Positions 8,593 to 16,588 of a stretch of 40,996 bases of DNA are shown piece after piece (positions within the stretch are counted from its first letter, which is position 1; every line of letters begins with the position of its first letter). A model generated the notes under the pieces. That model made no database searches. It was not told where the DNA came from and saw only the letters and a list, made by a program, of their open reading frames with translations. This DNA comes from a virus (Duplodnaviria; Caudoviricetes), in IMG/VR virus record IMGVR_UViG_3300002092_000087, positions 1-40,996 of that record. The stretch is one strand, 5' to 3'. The position numbers were made by a program, and so were the translations under genes.

Positions 8593-8783
8593 TATTTCTG
8601 CGTCCAGCTCTCTGGAATCTGACCTTCGGTAGCCATCATAGACTCATCATTACGCATGGCTTCGTCTTTGCTCATCTCGTGGTCATACTTCTTAGGGTGC
8701 ATAAGTTCATCAGCATACTTGCCTAATGTCTTTTCGTAGTTAGCTTGGCGACGTGCGTCACCGCTTCTATCCTGTGGATTCAT
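8592..8783 (-). CDS. Microprotein with DR-type tag (MNPQDRSGDARR)
   Basis: ATGA/TAATG coupling; SD GAGG. Confidence 0.75.
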   Translation of the reverse strand: MNPQDRSGDARRQANYEKTLGKYADELMHPKKYDHEMSKDEAMRNDESMMATEGQIPESWTQK

Positions 8784-9061
8784 TGCTTAAACCTCGTTGG
8801 ATTCTTGTCTGGATTGTCGCTAATGATATAAGTACCGTTTTTGTTTTCATCTGCGTTAACAGCGTCGGGTGCATAAAAATGTTCTTTACCCTTGTATTTA
8901 TAACCAGACTCTTCAGAGGAGCCAAACGCATCAAGCTTACCTTTTGTACGCAGCGCACCGCGAAGCTTTGAACGTTTGTAAGTGTCTGGGTTGCCAGGCG
9001 TTAAAAGACTCTCGTGAACTTTTACGTTGCTTGTAGGAAACTGTGATGAACTTGGGTTCAT
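8780..9061 (-). CDS. Small protein with SQFP-type tag (MNPSSSQFP)
   Basis: TAATG coupling. Confidence 0.75.
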   Translation of the reverse strand: MNPSSSQFPTSNVKVHESLLTPGNPDTYKRSKLRGALRTKGKLDAFGSSEESGYKYKGKEHFYAPDAVNADENKNGTYIISDNPDKNPTRFKQ

Positions 9062-9417
9062 TAGGCTTGAGGCCCGCCTTCCATCATACGTTTTGTTTTT
9101 CCTAAACGTGTGCCGCTTATAGGCATGTCAGTTGATTCGCCTCTTGATATTGTATTTCCTTGCCCGTCTTTGGCATGAATATTCTCTAATCGTTTTCCGC
9201 CACTAGTTACTTTAGTAGAAACACTGTCCGCACCCTCAGCCATATCAAACCCAACCATGTCAGATACGTAATCTGCAATTGAAGATACTTTATCTTTTGC
9301 CATAGTTTGACCTCGTGAACGCGCCCTACTATTTAATTCTTTATTACTTTTAGGGTCGCCCTTGTAAAATGTGTTTGGTCGACGAGCGGGGTCGTATGCT
9401 CTATCTGGCGCTGTCAT
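9061..9417 (-). CDS. Small protein with DR-type tag (MTAPDRAYDPARR)
   Basis: 1-nt gap to the upstream gene; coupled to the downstream gene. Confidence 0.75.
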   Translation of the reverse strand: MTAPDRAYDPARRPNTFYKGDPKSNKELNSRARSRGQTMAKDKVSSIADYVSDMVGFDMAEGADSVSTKVTSGGKRLENIHAKDGQGNTISRGESTDMPISGTRLGKTKRMMEGGPQA

Positions 9418-9418
9418 G

Positions 9419-9625
9419 TTACTTACCTGGGTTTACCTTTGAAGGCTCTTCAGAGTTGATAAATCCGTAGTTCATATATGGGTGCAAATCTGCACGGTTC
9501 TGAACTACTGTCTGGTCTCCAAGTCCTGGAATAACCTCAGTATTAGGACGGCGCTTACGGTACTTACCGTCTGTTGCACCTTCGTTAAGTGATGCGTTCT
9601 GTGAACGTGAGTTATTTACAGTCAT
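9419..9625 (-). CDS. Hypothetical microprotein (68 aa)
   Basis: TAATG coupling; SD AAGGA. Confidence 0.75.
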   Translation of the reverse strand: MTVNNSRSQNASLNEGATDGKYRKRRPNTEVIPGLGDQTVVQNRADLHPYMNYGFINSEEPSKVNPGK

Positions 9626-9855
9626 TATGCCATCCGTCCTTTAAGTAGCTTAGATTGCTTACGACGGGTACATCCGCTGCAAGTATCTGAGTGTAATGAT
9701 TGTACTGGGTTTAACAACAATCCACATTCAATACAAGGCTTAGAACCGTTGTAATAGGTCTTTTTTAAGTCGCGTTGGGTGCCCAATTTAACATCCATGG
9801 CTCCAGCCATGCCGTCGCCTGTCGAATCAGTGAATAATCCTGGGTCGTTGCTCAC
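9625..9855 (-). CDS. Small Zn-finger protein (CIEC...CSGC)
   Basis: Two CxxC pairs; GTGA overlap. Confidence 0.7.
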   Translation of the reverse strand: MSNDPGLFTDSTGDGMAGAMDVKLGTQRDLKKTYYNGSKPCIECGLLLNPVQSLHSDTCSGCTRRKQSKLLKGRMA

Positions 9856-10067
9856 TTGTTAAACTCCACTTTTTCTGGTTTTGGAAGGCCGCTTTTAATA
9901 GCGCGAGCAATATGCTTGCCTACACTTTTGCTGCCAGCTTCAGGGTGAACGTCAAATTCATAAGCCTCAGTACCTGTTGCATCTGCATCAGATGCAGATG
10001 GAGTTACTTTTACGCGCTGAGCTGGGCCATAATAACCTTCGGAAAAATCTTCTTTATTACGTCCCAT
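9852..10067 (-). CDS. Microprotein with RxxxDF-type tag (MGRNKEDF)
   Basis: TAATG coupling; SD AGGGGTG. Confidence 0.75.
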   Translation of the reverse strand: MGRNKEDFSEGYYGPAQRVKVTPSASDADATGTEAYEFDVHPEAGSKSVGKHIARAIKSGLPKPEKVEFNK

Positions 10068-10318
10068 TATTTATCACCCCTTAATTTTGGTTTATTACCA
10101 ACGGCAACCTCAGCTAATCGGGTTCCTTGCTTCTTAACGTCTCTATTTCTAGTGACTTTACGCCCAACTTCCGCATCTGCGTTATCAGGTGTGGCACTTA
10201 AAGTTTTTCCTGAGTGAGCCAACATAGCTCCACCTTTAGGACCTTGTGCACTTGACCGTGTAAAATCTGTGTTTTTGCCATCAAATTTACCGTAAAAGTC
10301 TTTCATATTGCGCCCCAT
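10067..10318 (-). CDS. Microprotein with RxxxDF-type tag (MGRNMKDF)
   Basis: TAATG coupling; SD GGAAGG. Confidence 0.75.
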   Translation of the reverse strand: MGRNMKDFYGKFDGKNTDFTRSSAQGPKGGAMLAHSGKTLSATPDNADAEVGRKVTRNRDVKKQGTRLAEVAVGNKPKLRGDK

Positions 10319-10515
10319 TAGTTACCTTCCTTTGTTAATCCTGCGCGGCGATGGGTCATATCTTCATCTTTTGATGATGGATTAGAACCAGGCCATGAGC
10401 CATGTCCTAGGTCATCCGCTTCAGTCTTTGTAATCTTTCCCGTGATATAAGCACGGTTAACATCTGCAAGTGCTGGTCGAGAACCAAGGTTAAAATCGCT
10501 TTTACTACGCGGCAT
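10318..10515 (-). CDS. Microprotein with RxxxDF-type tag (MPRSKSDF)
   Basis: TGATG coupling; SD AGGAGG. Confidence 0.75.
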   Translation of the reverse strand: MPRSKSDFNLGSRPALADVNRAYITGKITKTEADDLGHGSWPGSNPSSKDEDMTHRRAGLTKEGN

Positions 10516-10871
10516 CAGACTGAGCCTCCTAAAGTATTTCGACTAGTGCCCTCTTGAGTATTAGGGGTATTGCTAAAGTCAGACTCTACACGCTGTTGAG
10601 CGCGACCAGGCAACTCAATTATGTCTTCAATAGTTATCTCAGTCTGGGTGTAACCATAGCGTTCTGGAAATAATTTGATTTGAGGTAGTGGGGGGCGCAC
10701 ATATTCTTGTAGTTCTTGCCCCGTCATTGTGTTAGCAGCCATTGATTGGCTTAGTAAGCGCTCTTGGTTAGAGGCAAAAGGGCCTATATAAGCTTGAGGT
10801 GGGTAGGCAGCCTCAGGTGGTGCTTGCCATGGTTTGCGGGAGTAAACACCGTCTGACTGACGACCTGACAT
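10515..10871 (-). CDS. Pro/Gln-rich hypothetical protein
   Basis: 118-aa ORF abutting both neighbours. Confidence 0.75.
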   Translation of the reverse strand: MSGRQSDGVYSRKPWQAPPEAAYPPQAYIGPFASNQERLLSQSMAANTMTGQELQEYVRPPLPQIKLFPERYGYTQTEITIEDIIELPGRAQQRVESDFSNTPNTQEGTSRNTLGGSV

Positions 10872-11033
10872 TTATTTAACCTTATACGAAGCTTTATACC
10901 CATAATCTTCAAAATCAGATTTGGCTTTTTCTGCGTGTTCTTTATTAGCTTCCATATCGTAGCCTTCACTAAAAGCACTTTCATGTGTGATAGCTGGAAT
11001 ACGCTTAGGGTCATTAGCTCTGTCTATTGTCAT
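10872..11033 (-). CDS. Microprotein with DR-type tag (53 aa, MTIDRANDPKRIPAITHES...YKVK)
   Basis: Not in the ORF track (<60 aa); fills the gap exactly (1 nt after the upstream stop, stop adjacent to the next ATG). Confidence 0.75.
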   Translation of the reverse strand: MTIDRANDPKRIPAITHESAFSEGYDMEANKEHAEKAKSDFEDYGYKASYKVK

Positions 11034-11034
11034 T

Positions 11035-11574
11035 TTATTTCCAGTTCGGTGATAGGGAGCTAAGACGTTTAGCTCTATTTAAGTTTACACCCATAGGTGA
11101 ATCACTCTTTGCAGCTGGGCCCGCTTTACCATCATTAGGTAAATGTGGCGCTGGTGCTAAATACTGGTTGTCCTCATTCTTTTTTGTCATGATGACATTG
11201 CCTTCTTTAACGCCTTGCATCTGACGGCGAATTCCGCGTGCGTTATCTAAACCTTCTGGGTAGTAATAACCTGCGGCATCAATTCGTTCGCCTTTGTGAA
11301 CACCGCGTTGATAACCGCGTTGTGTAATGCGAACCTTAAGTGAGTCTAAAACATTTTCTGATGTTGAACCTGGACGTCCACGGTCATCACGACGTGTGCG
11401 AATTGTGCCTAGGTAGCCGTCAGGATACTCCGCTGAAGGTTGACGACCAACACCAATGCGAAGGAAGTCGAGTTCCGAACGCGCAACAGGAACACCACCA
11501 CCACCGTAGGTAGTGTTGGTTCCATACATCCCAGCAGCGCCGAGATTTTGCGTATTTTGATGTGGACCTGGCAT
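11035..11574 (-). CDS. Basic Gly/Arg-rich hypothetical protein; first gene of the microprotein operon
   Basis: 179-aa ORF with a leaderless promoter. Confidence 0.8.
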   Translation of the reverse strand: MPGPHQNTQNLGAAGMYGTNTTYGGGGVPVARSELDFLRIGVGRQPSAEYPDGYLGTIRTRRDDRGRPGSTSENVLDSLKVRITQRGYQRGVHKGERIDAAGYYYPEGLDNARGIRRQMQGVKEGNVIMTKKNEDNQYLAPAPHLPNDGKAGPAAKSDSPMGVNLNRAKRLSSLSPNWK

Positions 11575-11586
11575 AGCTTTATTATA
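11575..11586 (-). promoter_or_regulatory. Leaderless promoter: consensus TATAAT 6 nt before ATG
   Basis: TATAAT-aaagct-ATG. Confidence 0.65.
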
Positions 11587-11588
11587 GG

Positions 11589-12761
11589 CTAGCGAAATCC
11601 GCCTAACACTACTAACTCTCTACGAGCATCAAAGCCTGCACCTACTACTAATGACACAATTCCTGGGTGGGATTCAAGGCCCGATTTATCTCTAAACCAC
11701 GCTGACCCATTATCCATTGCAGGGTTTTGGATAAATAGACGTGTGCCAACGCTCTGTACGTCATAGTGGTGAAGATGTCCTACGTTAAGGATGTCAGCGT
11801 TTGCTACAGAACAACGTCCCATAACCTGACCTGACCACCACTTGACCATATCTCGTCCTTGGTGTCCGTGTGCCATACCGTACAAAATACCGCTTAGATT
11901 AACAGCAAGGGTGCTGTCATCCTTTGCTGGGTAACGGAACTCAACTCGGTCTTTAAGAAAGTCATTCTCCATACAGGCGTCTTCTACGGCGCGAACAATC
12001 TCAATCTGCCATGAATCTTCTGGGCGCGAAACTAAGAAACGTTGAACCTCATCATGATTACCTGGAACCACAGGAACAATAATCTTTGGTGCTAACTGCG
12101 CCATCTCTTTAATCTGTGCCATAAGAATACGGCGACCAACTTGTACTTGCTGTGCTACTCCAATATCGTGGCGGCCCATGACTTTACCCTTTTGGCTAGT
12201 CATACCCTCAATGCAGTCACCTAATTGTGGAAGTGCAATTTGCCCAATTTTATACTTTTGCTGTAAAAACTTATGGTGGTCTACAGCTTCGTTAAAGGAG
12301 CGCAAAACTCTATCAACAATTGCTGGCGTGTCATCTTTACCGTACTGCGTATCTCCAAGGCTATATACAGCTGTCAAGTCACCCTCATGGTCGTATGACG
12401 ATGTGGGCTTCCACTGTGAAATCTCTTCAATCAAACGTTCTGCATCATAGTCTTTTCCTGATGACGCTAGAACAGGAACAACAGTTAGTTTAAATGACTC
12501 TAGCCATTCTCCATCCCATCGTTGCCAACGTGACTTTCTGTGTGATGTCACTGCCCATTCTGCTGGGTTTAAACTTGCTTCAATCAGTAGTTCTTCTGCG
12601 TTTGGAGTGTTGCCGTCTGGACGCGGTGTTGAAACAATGAACCCGCCGTCGTTTCCGATTTCAGAACGCGGGCGCCATGACTCTGGTACATCCTTAAGTA
12701 TGTTGTCTGAACCTTCTTTTCCAGCTTCTACAAACTTATTAAAATCGTCTTTTATGGACAT
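11589..12761 (-). CDS. Calcineurin-like metallophosphoesterase (Mre11/SbcD-type motifs) with N-terminal extension
   Basis: GDTQ, GDCIE, GNHD, HGH, GHLHH motifs in order; start placed at ATG 12761. Confidence 0.82.
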   Translation of the reverse strand: MSIKDDFNKFVEAGKEGSDNILKDVPESWRPRSEIGNDGGFIVSTPRPDGNTPNAEELLIEASLNPAEWAVTSHRKSRWQRWDGEWLESFKLTVVPVLASSGKDYDAERLIEEISQWKPTSSYDHEGDLTAVYSLGDTQYGKDDTPAIVDRVLRSFNEAVDHHKFLQQKYKIGQIALPQLGDCIEGMTSQKGKVMGRHDIGVAQQVQVGRRILMAQIKEMAQLAPKIIVPVVPGNHDEVQRFLVSRPEDSWQIEIVRAVEDACMENDFLKDRVEFRYPAKDDSTLAVNLSGILYGMAHGHQGRDMVKWWSGQVMGRCSVANADILNVGHLHHYDVQSVGTRLFIQNPAMDNGSAWFRDKSGLESHPGIVSLVVGAGFDARRELVVLGGFR

Positions 12762-12967
12762 GAGCACCAATGGTTTCTGTGAAATTTAAAAGGGGTTAAA
12801 GTAGGAAATGTATCGAAGCGTGAAGAAAAGAAGCGATGTAGGCTTGATGTTGCTGTTCTTTTTTGAGCCAACAACTCATTGAACTCTTGTTTAAAAATGT
12901 CGTCTTGTTCAGACAACCAATTTGCTACAGAACAATAACCTTTAGGAAATGCCACACCAGTATTCAA
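12752..12967 (-). CDS. Small Cys/His protein (C..FHRNHWCSC)
   Basis: Overlaps the phosphoesterase start; exact start uncertain. Confidence 0.6.
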   Translation of the reverse strand: MNTGVAFPKGYCSVANWLSEQDDIFKQEFNELLAQKRTATSSLHRFFSSRFDTFPTLTPFKFHRNHWCSCP

Positions 12968-12995
12968 CCACAGTAGTGGGTGTTACGCAAATAGC

Positions 12996-13027
12996 AAAAC
13001 CCCGCCAAGTTTCCTTGACGGGGTTTT
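12996..13027 (-). terminator. Intrinsic terminator
   Basis: Minus strand AAAACCCCGTCAAG-GAAA-CTTGGCGGGGTTTT just after the stop of 13038..13364. Confidence 0.85.
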
Positions 13028-13037
13028 AGAGTGCTAT

Positions 13038-13364
13038 TTATTCAGCCATACCTGCTGTGAAGTTTGGCTTGCTACGGTTGATAGATGGTGGGATTAGTCG
13101 ACCATTACCTTGTGTGGCGCCTGCTTCTGGTGATGTCTGCTTTTGGAATCCAACTTTGACTCCGTAGCGTGCACCTGAACGAGCTTTAACATGCGTACGG
13201 TGGTCAGTAGGACCCTTGGTTGGGTCTCCTGCTGCTGTGTTCTTCTTCTTAACAAGTGTTCCTTTTTCTGTTGGAGCAACGCGTGGCTTTGAACCAGTTG
13301 CGTTATTTGGCTCAGCAGAAGTAGGTGCCAGCGGAGCTGGGTTCTTCTTAGAATCGGTCTTCAT
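13038..13364 (-). CDS. Basic low-complexity protein (K/P/T/G-rich, probably disordered)
   Basis: SD AAGGA; own terminator. Confidence 0.75.
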   Translation of the reverse strand: MKTDSKKNPAPLAPTSAEPNNATGSKPRVAPTEKGTLVKKKNTAAGDPTKGPTDHRTHVKARSGARYGVKVGFQKQTSPEAGATQGNGRLIPPSINRSKPNFTAGMAE

Positions 13365-13424
13365 TTAGTTTCCTTTGCAAAGGGGGTTAAATAACGATAA
13401 GGCATTTAAACCCAAAATAACTGC

Positions 13425-13712
13425 TTAACCCGCAGCTGAAACGACAAACACAATGGCAGAAATCTGTCCGTCGTGGCTTTCGATGCTTGCAAAACCTGGG
13501 ATACAAGTAAGGTCTAGTCCTCGTGGGGCTGTGTAACCTCTTGCGATTGCGATTGCTTTAACTGCCTGATTGACAGCTCCTGCGCCTACAGCGCGAATCT
13601 TGCAGCCACGAGTCTCATAGATACTGTGGGCGATTGCTGATGCTACGGCTTGTGGATTGCTTCCTGCGCCTACGCGAAGGATGCCTTCATCTTCTTTTAC
13701 TACGTCAGTCAT
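13425..13712 (-). CDS. spoVS: SpoVS-family protein
   Basis: LRVGAGSNPQAVASAIA...RAVGAGAVNQAVKAIAIARGY..PRGLDLTCIPGF matches the SpoVS signature. Confidence 0.9.
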   Translation of the reverse strand: MTDVVKEDEGILRVGAGSNPQAVASAIAHSIYETRGCKIRAVGAGAVNQAVKAIAIARGYTAPRGLDLTCIPGFASIESHDGQISAIVFVVSAAG

Positions 13713-13778
13713 TATTACCTCTTATGCTCGAATTAGTATTACCCGTAAATTATGGGCAACTAAGAGGTGTATGTCAGG

Positions 13779-13961
13779 CTAAACAGTTCTGTAATCTATA
13801 GGGGTTGGAGCGGTAGCTAAACTGCCACATAATTCGCACTCCATATCGAGCATATAAAGCGAAATTTCACCATCTTCAAACGTCGCCTTTACATTCCAAA
13901 GGAAAGACCCGCAAGGACAAACGTGTAGGGGCGCTTCTTTATCTCTAAGGTCAAGAGGCAT
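13779..13961 (-). CDS. Small Zn-ribbon protein
   Basis: HVCPCGS ... MECELCG. Confidence 0.7.
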   Translation of the reverse strand: MPLDLRDKEAPLHVCPCGSFLWNVKATFEDGEISLYMLDMECELCGSLATAPTPIDYRTV

Positions 13962-14193
13962 CTAACTCAATCTTTCCATCTTTTTGACCCTGCATAATGA
14001 TAGGTGCTGCGTAAAAAAGGAACTCACGTGTGTAGCAAGTTTCGCACCCGCAGTAAGGTAACCCAGATAAAACCTCAGGCTCTTCTCCTTCTTCATCCCC
14101 ATAAACATAATAGTTCTGTAAACTATCTACATATTCATTTACACCTTCTTGAAGGTTTTCTGCCCATTTTTCATCATTAATAATAAAGCTCAT
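13951..14193 (-). CDS. Acidic hypothetical protein with CGCETC
   Basis: Start placed at ATG 14193 (ATGA overlap, SD GGAG). Confidence 0.7.
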   Translation of the reverse strand: MSFIINDEKWAENLQEGVNEYVDSLQNYYVYGDEEGEEPEVLSGLPYCGCETCYTREFLFYAAPIIMQGQKDGKIELDAS

Positions 14194-14357
14194 TGTGCTC
14201 CCCACCCTCCGCCTTTAAAATGTGCTGGCGTTACACTGAACACCTTGTTCATAAATTCCCCACACTTTTCACAAGTTGGACGACTATTGTCATCAAACCC
14301 TAAATATTTTTCAACTGTAACATCGCATGATAAACAAGTAAAGTCGTAATTAGGCAC
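14190..14357 (-). CDS. FmdB-family zinc-ribbon protein (55 aa)
   Basis: Not in the ORF track; GTG start; MPNYDFTCLSC...PTCEKCGEFMNKVFS..AHFKGGGWG is the typical FmdB pattern. Confidence 0.85.
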   Translation of the reverse strand: MPNYDFTCLSCDVTVEKYLGFDDNSRPTCEKCGEFMNKVFSVTPAHFKGGGWGAQ

Positions 14358-14556
14358 TGTGAGTAAACCTTACGGTGTGATAACGACATGTTTTATATAC
14401 TTTGCGGTAGTAATAAGATTTATCTGATGGGTTTTCTACTACCCCTGGAAGTTTTTCGTTACATTCACACACTTTTCCATATGCTGTTTCTAAACGTTTA
14501 ACTTCTTCTTTGGCATTAATCAATTCTTGCAAAATTTTATGCGTTTCTTTAGACAT
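14350..14556 (-). CDS. Hypothetical protein (CEC...CRYH)
   Basis: SD AAGGAGG; overlaps neighbours. Confidence 0.7.
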   Translation of the reverse strand: MSKETHKILQELINAKEEVKRLETAYGKVCECNEKLPGVVENPSDKSYYYRKVYKTCRYHTVRFTHSA

Positions 14557-14911
14557 TATTTTCCTCCTTTGGTGTACCGTATCCTGCAGCTTGCAATAAA
14601 TTTACAAAGTCTTCTAACCGCACAAGTGTAACCCATTCCGTGATACTTGCCTCTCCTTGCCCATTGAGTCGCAGAACTGCTACGGGTAAATCTTTTCCAT
14701 TGTGTCTATCTTTAAGTTGTTTGATAGTGGTGCTGGGCGAAAAATCTTTACGCGCCTTGACTTCCCAATCAATACCTATTGTTCCTGTGATGTCGGTACC
14801 ACTGCGACCAGCACCCGTGCTTTCAGCAAAAGGAAAACCATGCTCAGCTAAATACATGGCTACGACTTTTTGTGAACGGTACCCGCGATGTTTTCTTGAT
14901 TGACTAGGCAT
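14549..14911 (-). CDS. Holliday junction resolvase-like PD-(D/E)XK nuclease
   Basis: SRKHRG, GTDI, WEVK; start placed at ATG 14911. Confidence 0.75.
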   Translation of the reverse strand: MPSQSRKHRGYRSQKVVAMYLAEHGFPFAESTGAGRSGTDITGTIGIDWEVKARKDFSPSTTIKQLKDRHNGKDLPVAVLRLNGQGEASITEWVTLVRLEDFVNLLQAAGYGTPKEENNV

Positions 14912-15401
14912 TGTAACGGCTACCTCGCATGCGGTCACGGTCCCCTGAAGTACGTCGAGTTAACTCACGGCTTACTAGGCTGTAATAACGCTCCATGTTG
15001 TCCTGCGTAGTTTCCATTAGTTTACGGTACGCGTATGTATAATTCTTAATCTTTAGCTTATCTTGGATGTCTGTTTGGGCAAGTACAGCGGCTTTTAAAA
15101 GGCCCGCTTTTTCAGTGCTTTTACCTGTAGATGTGGCAAGTAATGCACGAGCTTCTGTAAGGTCGTAGTCATTCTCTGCCTCTAACTCTGCTACCTGGGC
15201 GCAAGCAGTCTGTGTGCGCATCATGTTGTAATTTTCCATGTACTTAGATGCCATCACCATAAGGTCTTGGTCATCTACCAACGTAATATCTTCTGGAAAA
15301 TCTGGCATTGCAACATCAAGGGTTTTGCGTACTGCCAACCCCTGTCGTTCTAAAACCGCAATAATCTCTTCACTAACTCCTGTGGCCTCAAGCTTGAACA
15401 T
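14904..15401 (-). CDS. Alpha-helical/coiled-coil protein (possible recombination mediator)
   Basis: Start at MFKLEATG (SD AAGGGG); ends SRELTRR; function inferred from context only. Confidence 0.6.
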   Translation of the reverse strand: MFKLEATGVSEEIIAVLERQGLAVRKTLDVAMPDFPEDITLVDDQDLMVMASKYMENYNMMRTQTACAQVAELEAENDYDLTEARALLATSTGKSTEKAGLLKAAVLAQTDIQDKLKIKNYTYAYRKLMETTQDNMERYYSLVSRELTRRTSGDRDRMRGSRYNA

Positions 15402-16275
15402 CTGCATACCCCTTACACTGATAACAACCTTCGTTAGGGTCAATATTACAGGTGGGTGCCTCTTTCTTGTCAACTGCTGCAACAATGTTTTCAGCTGCTT
15501 CTAAGATATGACTGATGCCAAAATCGCTTTTAGGAACCACAAATTCTTTAGCCTGTTGGTTAGACTTGTTCTCATAAAGAAACAACGCTTCTTGCGGTTG
15601 TACTGGCAGACCTATTAACTCAGCTAATTTCATATACATTTGTGCTTGTTTAATATGACTCATAAATGGCGCATTTAAAGCCTTCCACATATCATCAAGA
15701 TTTCCACCATGCTCCGCCATAAGCTGTGGGGCTTCAAACCTAAAAGTTCCTGCGCCAATTGATTTAATTTCAAGCATTAAAGGCTCACCAAATCCAACAA
15801 GGATTCCGTCCGCATGCCCAGCAATTCTCAATGGTTCGTATACCAAAGGCACCTCTAAGTAATCAAAATGTTTAGTAGCAACTTTTAAGTTGTGGTCTGA
15901 AGGTAAACCAGTAAATGTCTCTCCACACTCGTTACATTTAAATTTACCCCAAAGTTTATCCATGTCTTTAAAAATAGTTTGCCAGCCTGCGTGAATATCA
16001 TGACCCACTTGGAATACGCGCTTCTGACTAAGGGTTACGCGATACTTGCTTGGGGGAGGTGGGAACCCTAATAATTGAAAATAAGAACTGCGGTGGCACC
16101 AATCGTCTTTAACCATAGCTGATGGGTGAAGCACATCTGAGCGTCGGTCACTTGGAGCTGGCTTTGCAATAAGTTCGCGTTCAACGGTGGTAAGGACGCG
16201 AGATTCTTTTTTACCCGCGTCAATAAATCTTTTAAGACTGCCTGTAGCCTTAAACTTTTCTTCCTTTGCTGTCAT
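15388..16275 (-). CDS. Cas4-like PD-(D/E)XK exonuclease
   Basis: HPS...C, GHDIH, GHADG, LEIKS, QAQMYM, C-terminal C..C..C. Confidence 0.8.
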   Translation of the reverse strand: MTAKEEKFKATGSLKRFIDAGKKESRVLTTVERELIAKPAPSDRRSDVLHPSAMVKDDWCHRSSYFQLLGFPPPPSKYRVTLSQKRVFQVGHDIHAGWQTIFKDMDKLWGKFKCNECGETFTGLPSDHNLKVATKHFDYLEVPLVYEPLRIAGHADGILVGFGEPLMLEIKSIGAGTFRFEAPQLMAEHGGNLDDMWKALNAPFMSHIKQAQMYMKLAELIGLPVQPQEALFLYENKSNQQAKEFVVPKSDFGISHILEAAENIVAAVDKKEAPTCNIDPNEGCYQCKGYADVQA

Positions 16276-16588
16276 TCTTAAGCACCCACTCCTCTAATGT
16301 AAGCCCTACCTTATCAGCTTTTCTCTTTAACGCATTACGCTCACGGTGGCTCATTCCACCCCATATGCCGTGTTGTTCATCCATTTCTTCTGAGTAAAAC
16401 AAACATTGAAGTCTTACAGGGCATTCAGGGGCGCCGTCTTTACCAAAACAAACGGCTTTTGATTTGTCTGCTATCTGTTTGTATTTAGTTTTATCTCGCG
16501 GTGGAAACCACATCTCGGTATCCATGCCACGGCATTTAGCTAAATGCCACCACTCTGCGTCGGTGGAATTTTTATATGACAAGTGCAC
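16250..16588 (-). CDS. whiB: WhiB-family transcription factor
   Basis: AKC, AVC..ECPVRLQC, GIWGG..RER. Confidence 0.9.
   Translation of the reverse strand: MHLSYKNSTDAEWWHLAKCRGMDTEMWFPPRDKTKYKQIADKSKAVCFGKDGAPECPVRLQCLFYSEEMDEQHGIWGGMSHRERNALKRKADKVGLTLEEWVLKNDSKGRKV

Noticed and set aside
10784-11014. 76-aa ORF from the track
   Set aside because: Overlaps 10515..10871; the 53-aa ORF 10872..11033 fits the gap exactly and carries the shared tag
7964-11033. RiPP precursor cluster or DNA-level repeat array
   Set aside because: No recognisable maturase or transporter adjacent and no Cys-rich cores; similarity is mostly protein-level, not exact DNA repeats
14149-14349. Plus-strand 66-aa ORF
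   Set aside because: Antisense of the FmdB zinc-ribbon gene 14190..14357
15388-16275. CRISPR-Cas system suggested by the Cas4-like gene
   Set aside because: No repeat-spacer array or other cas genes; solo Cas4-like nucleases are common in phage recombination modules
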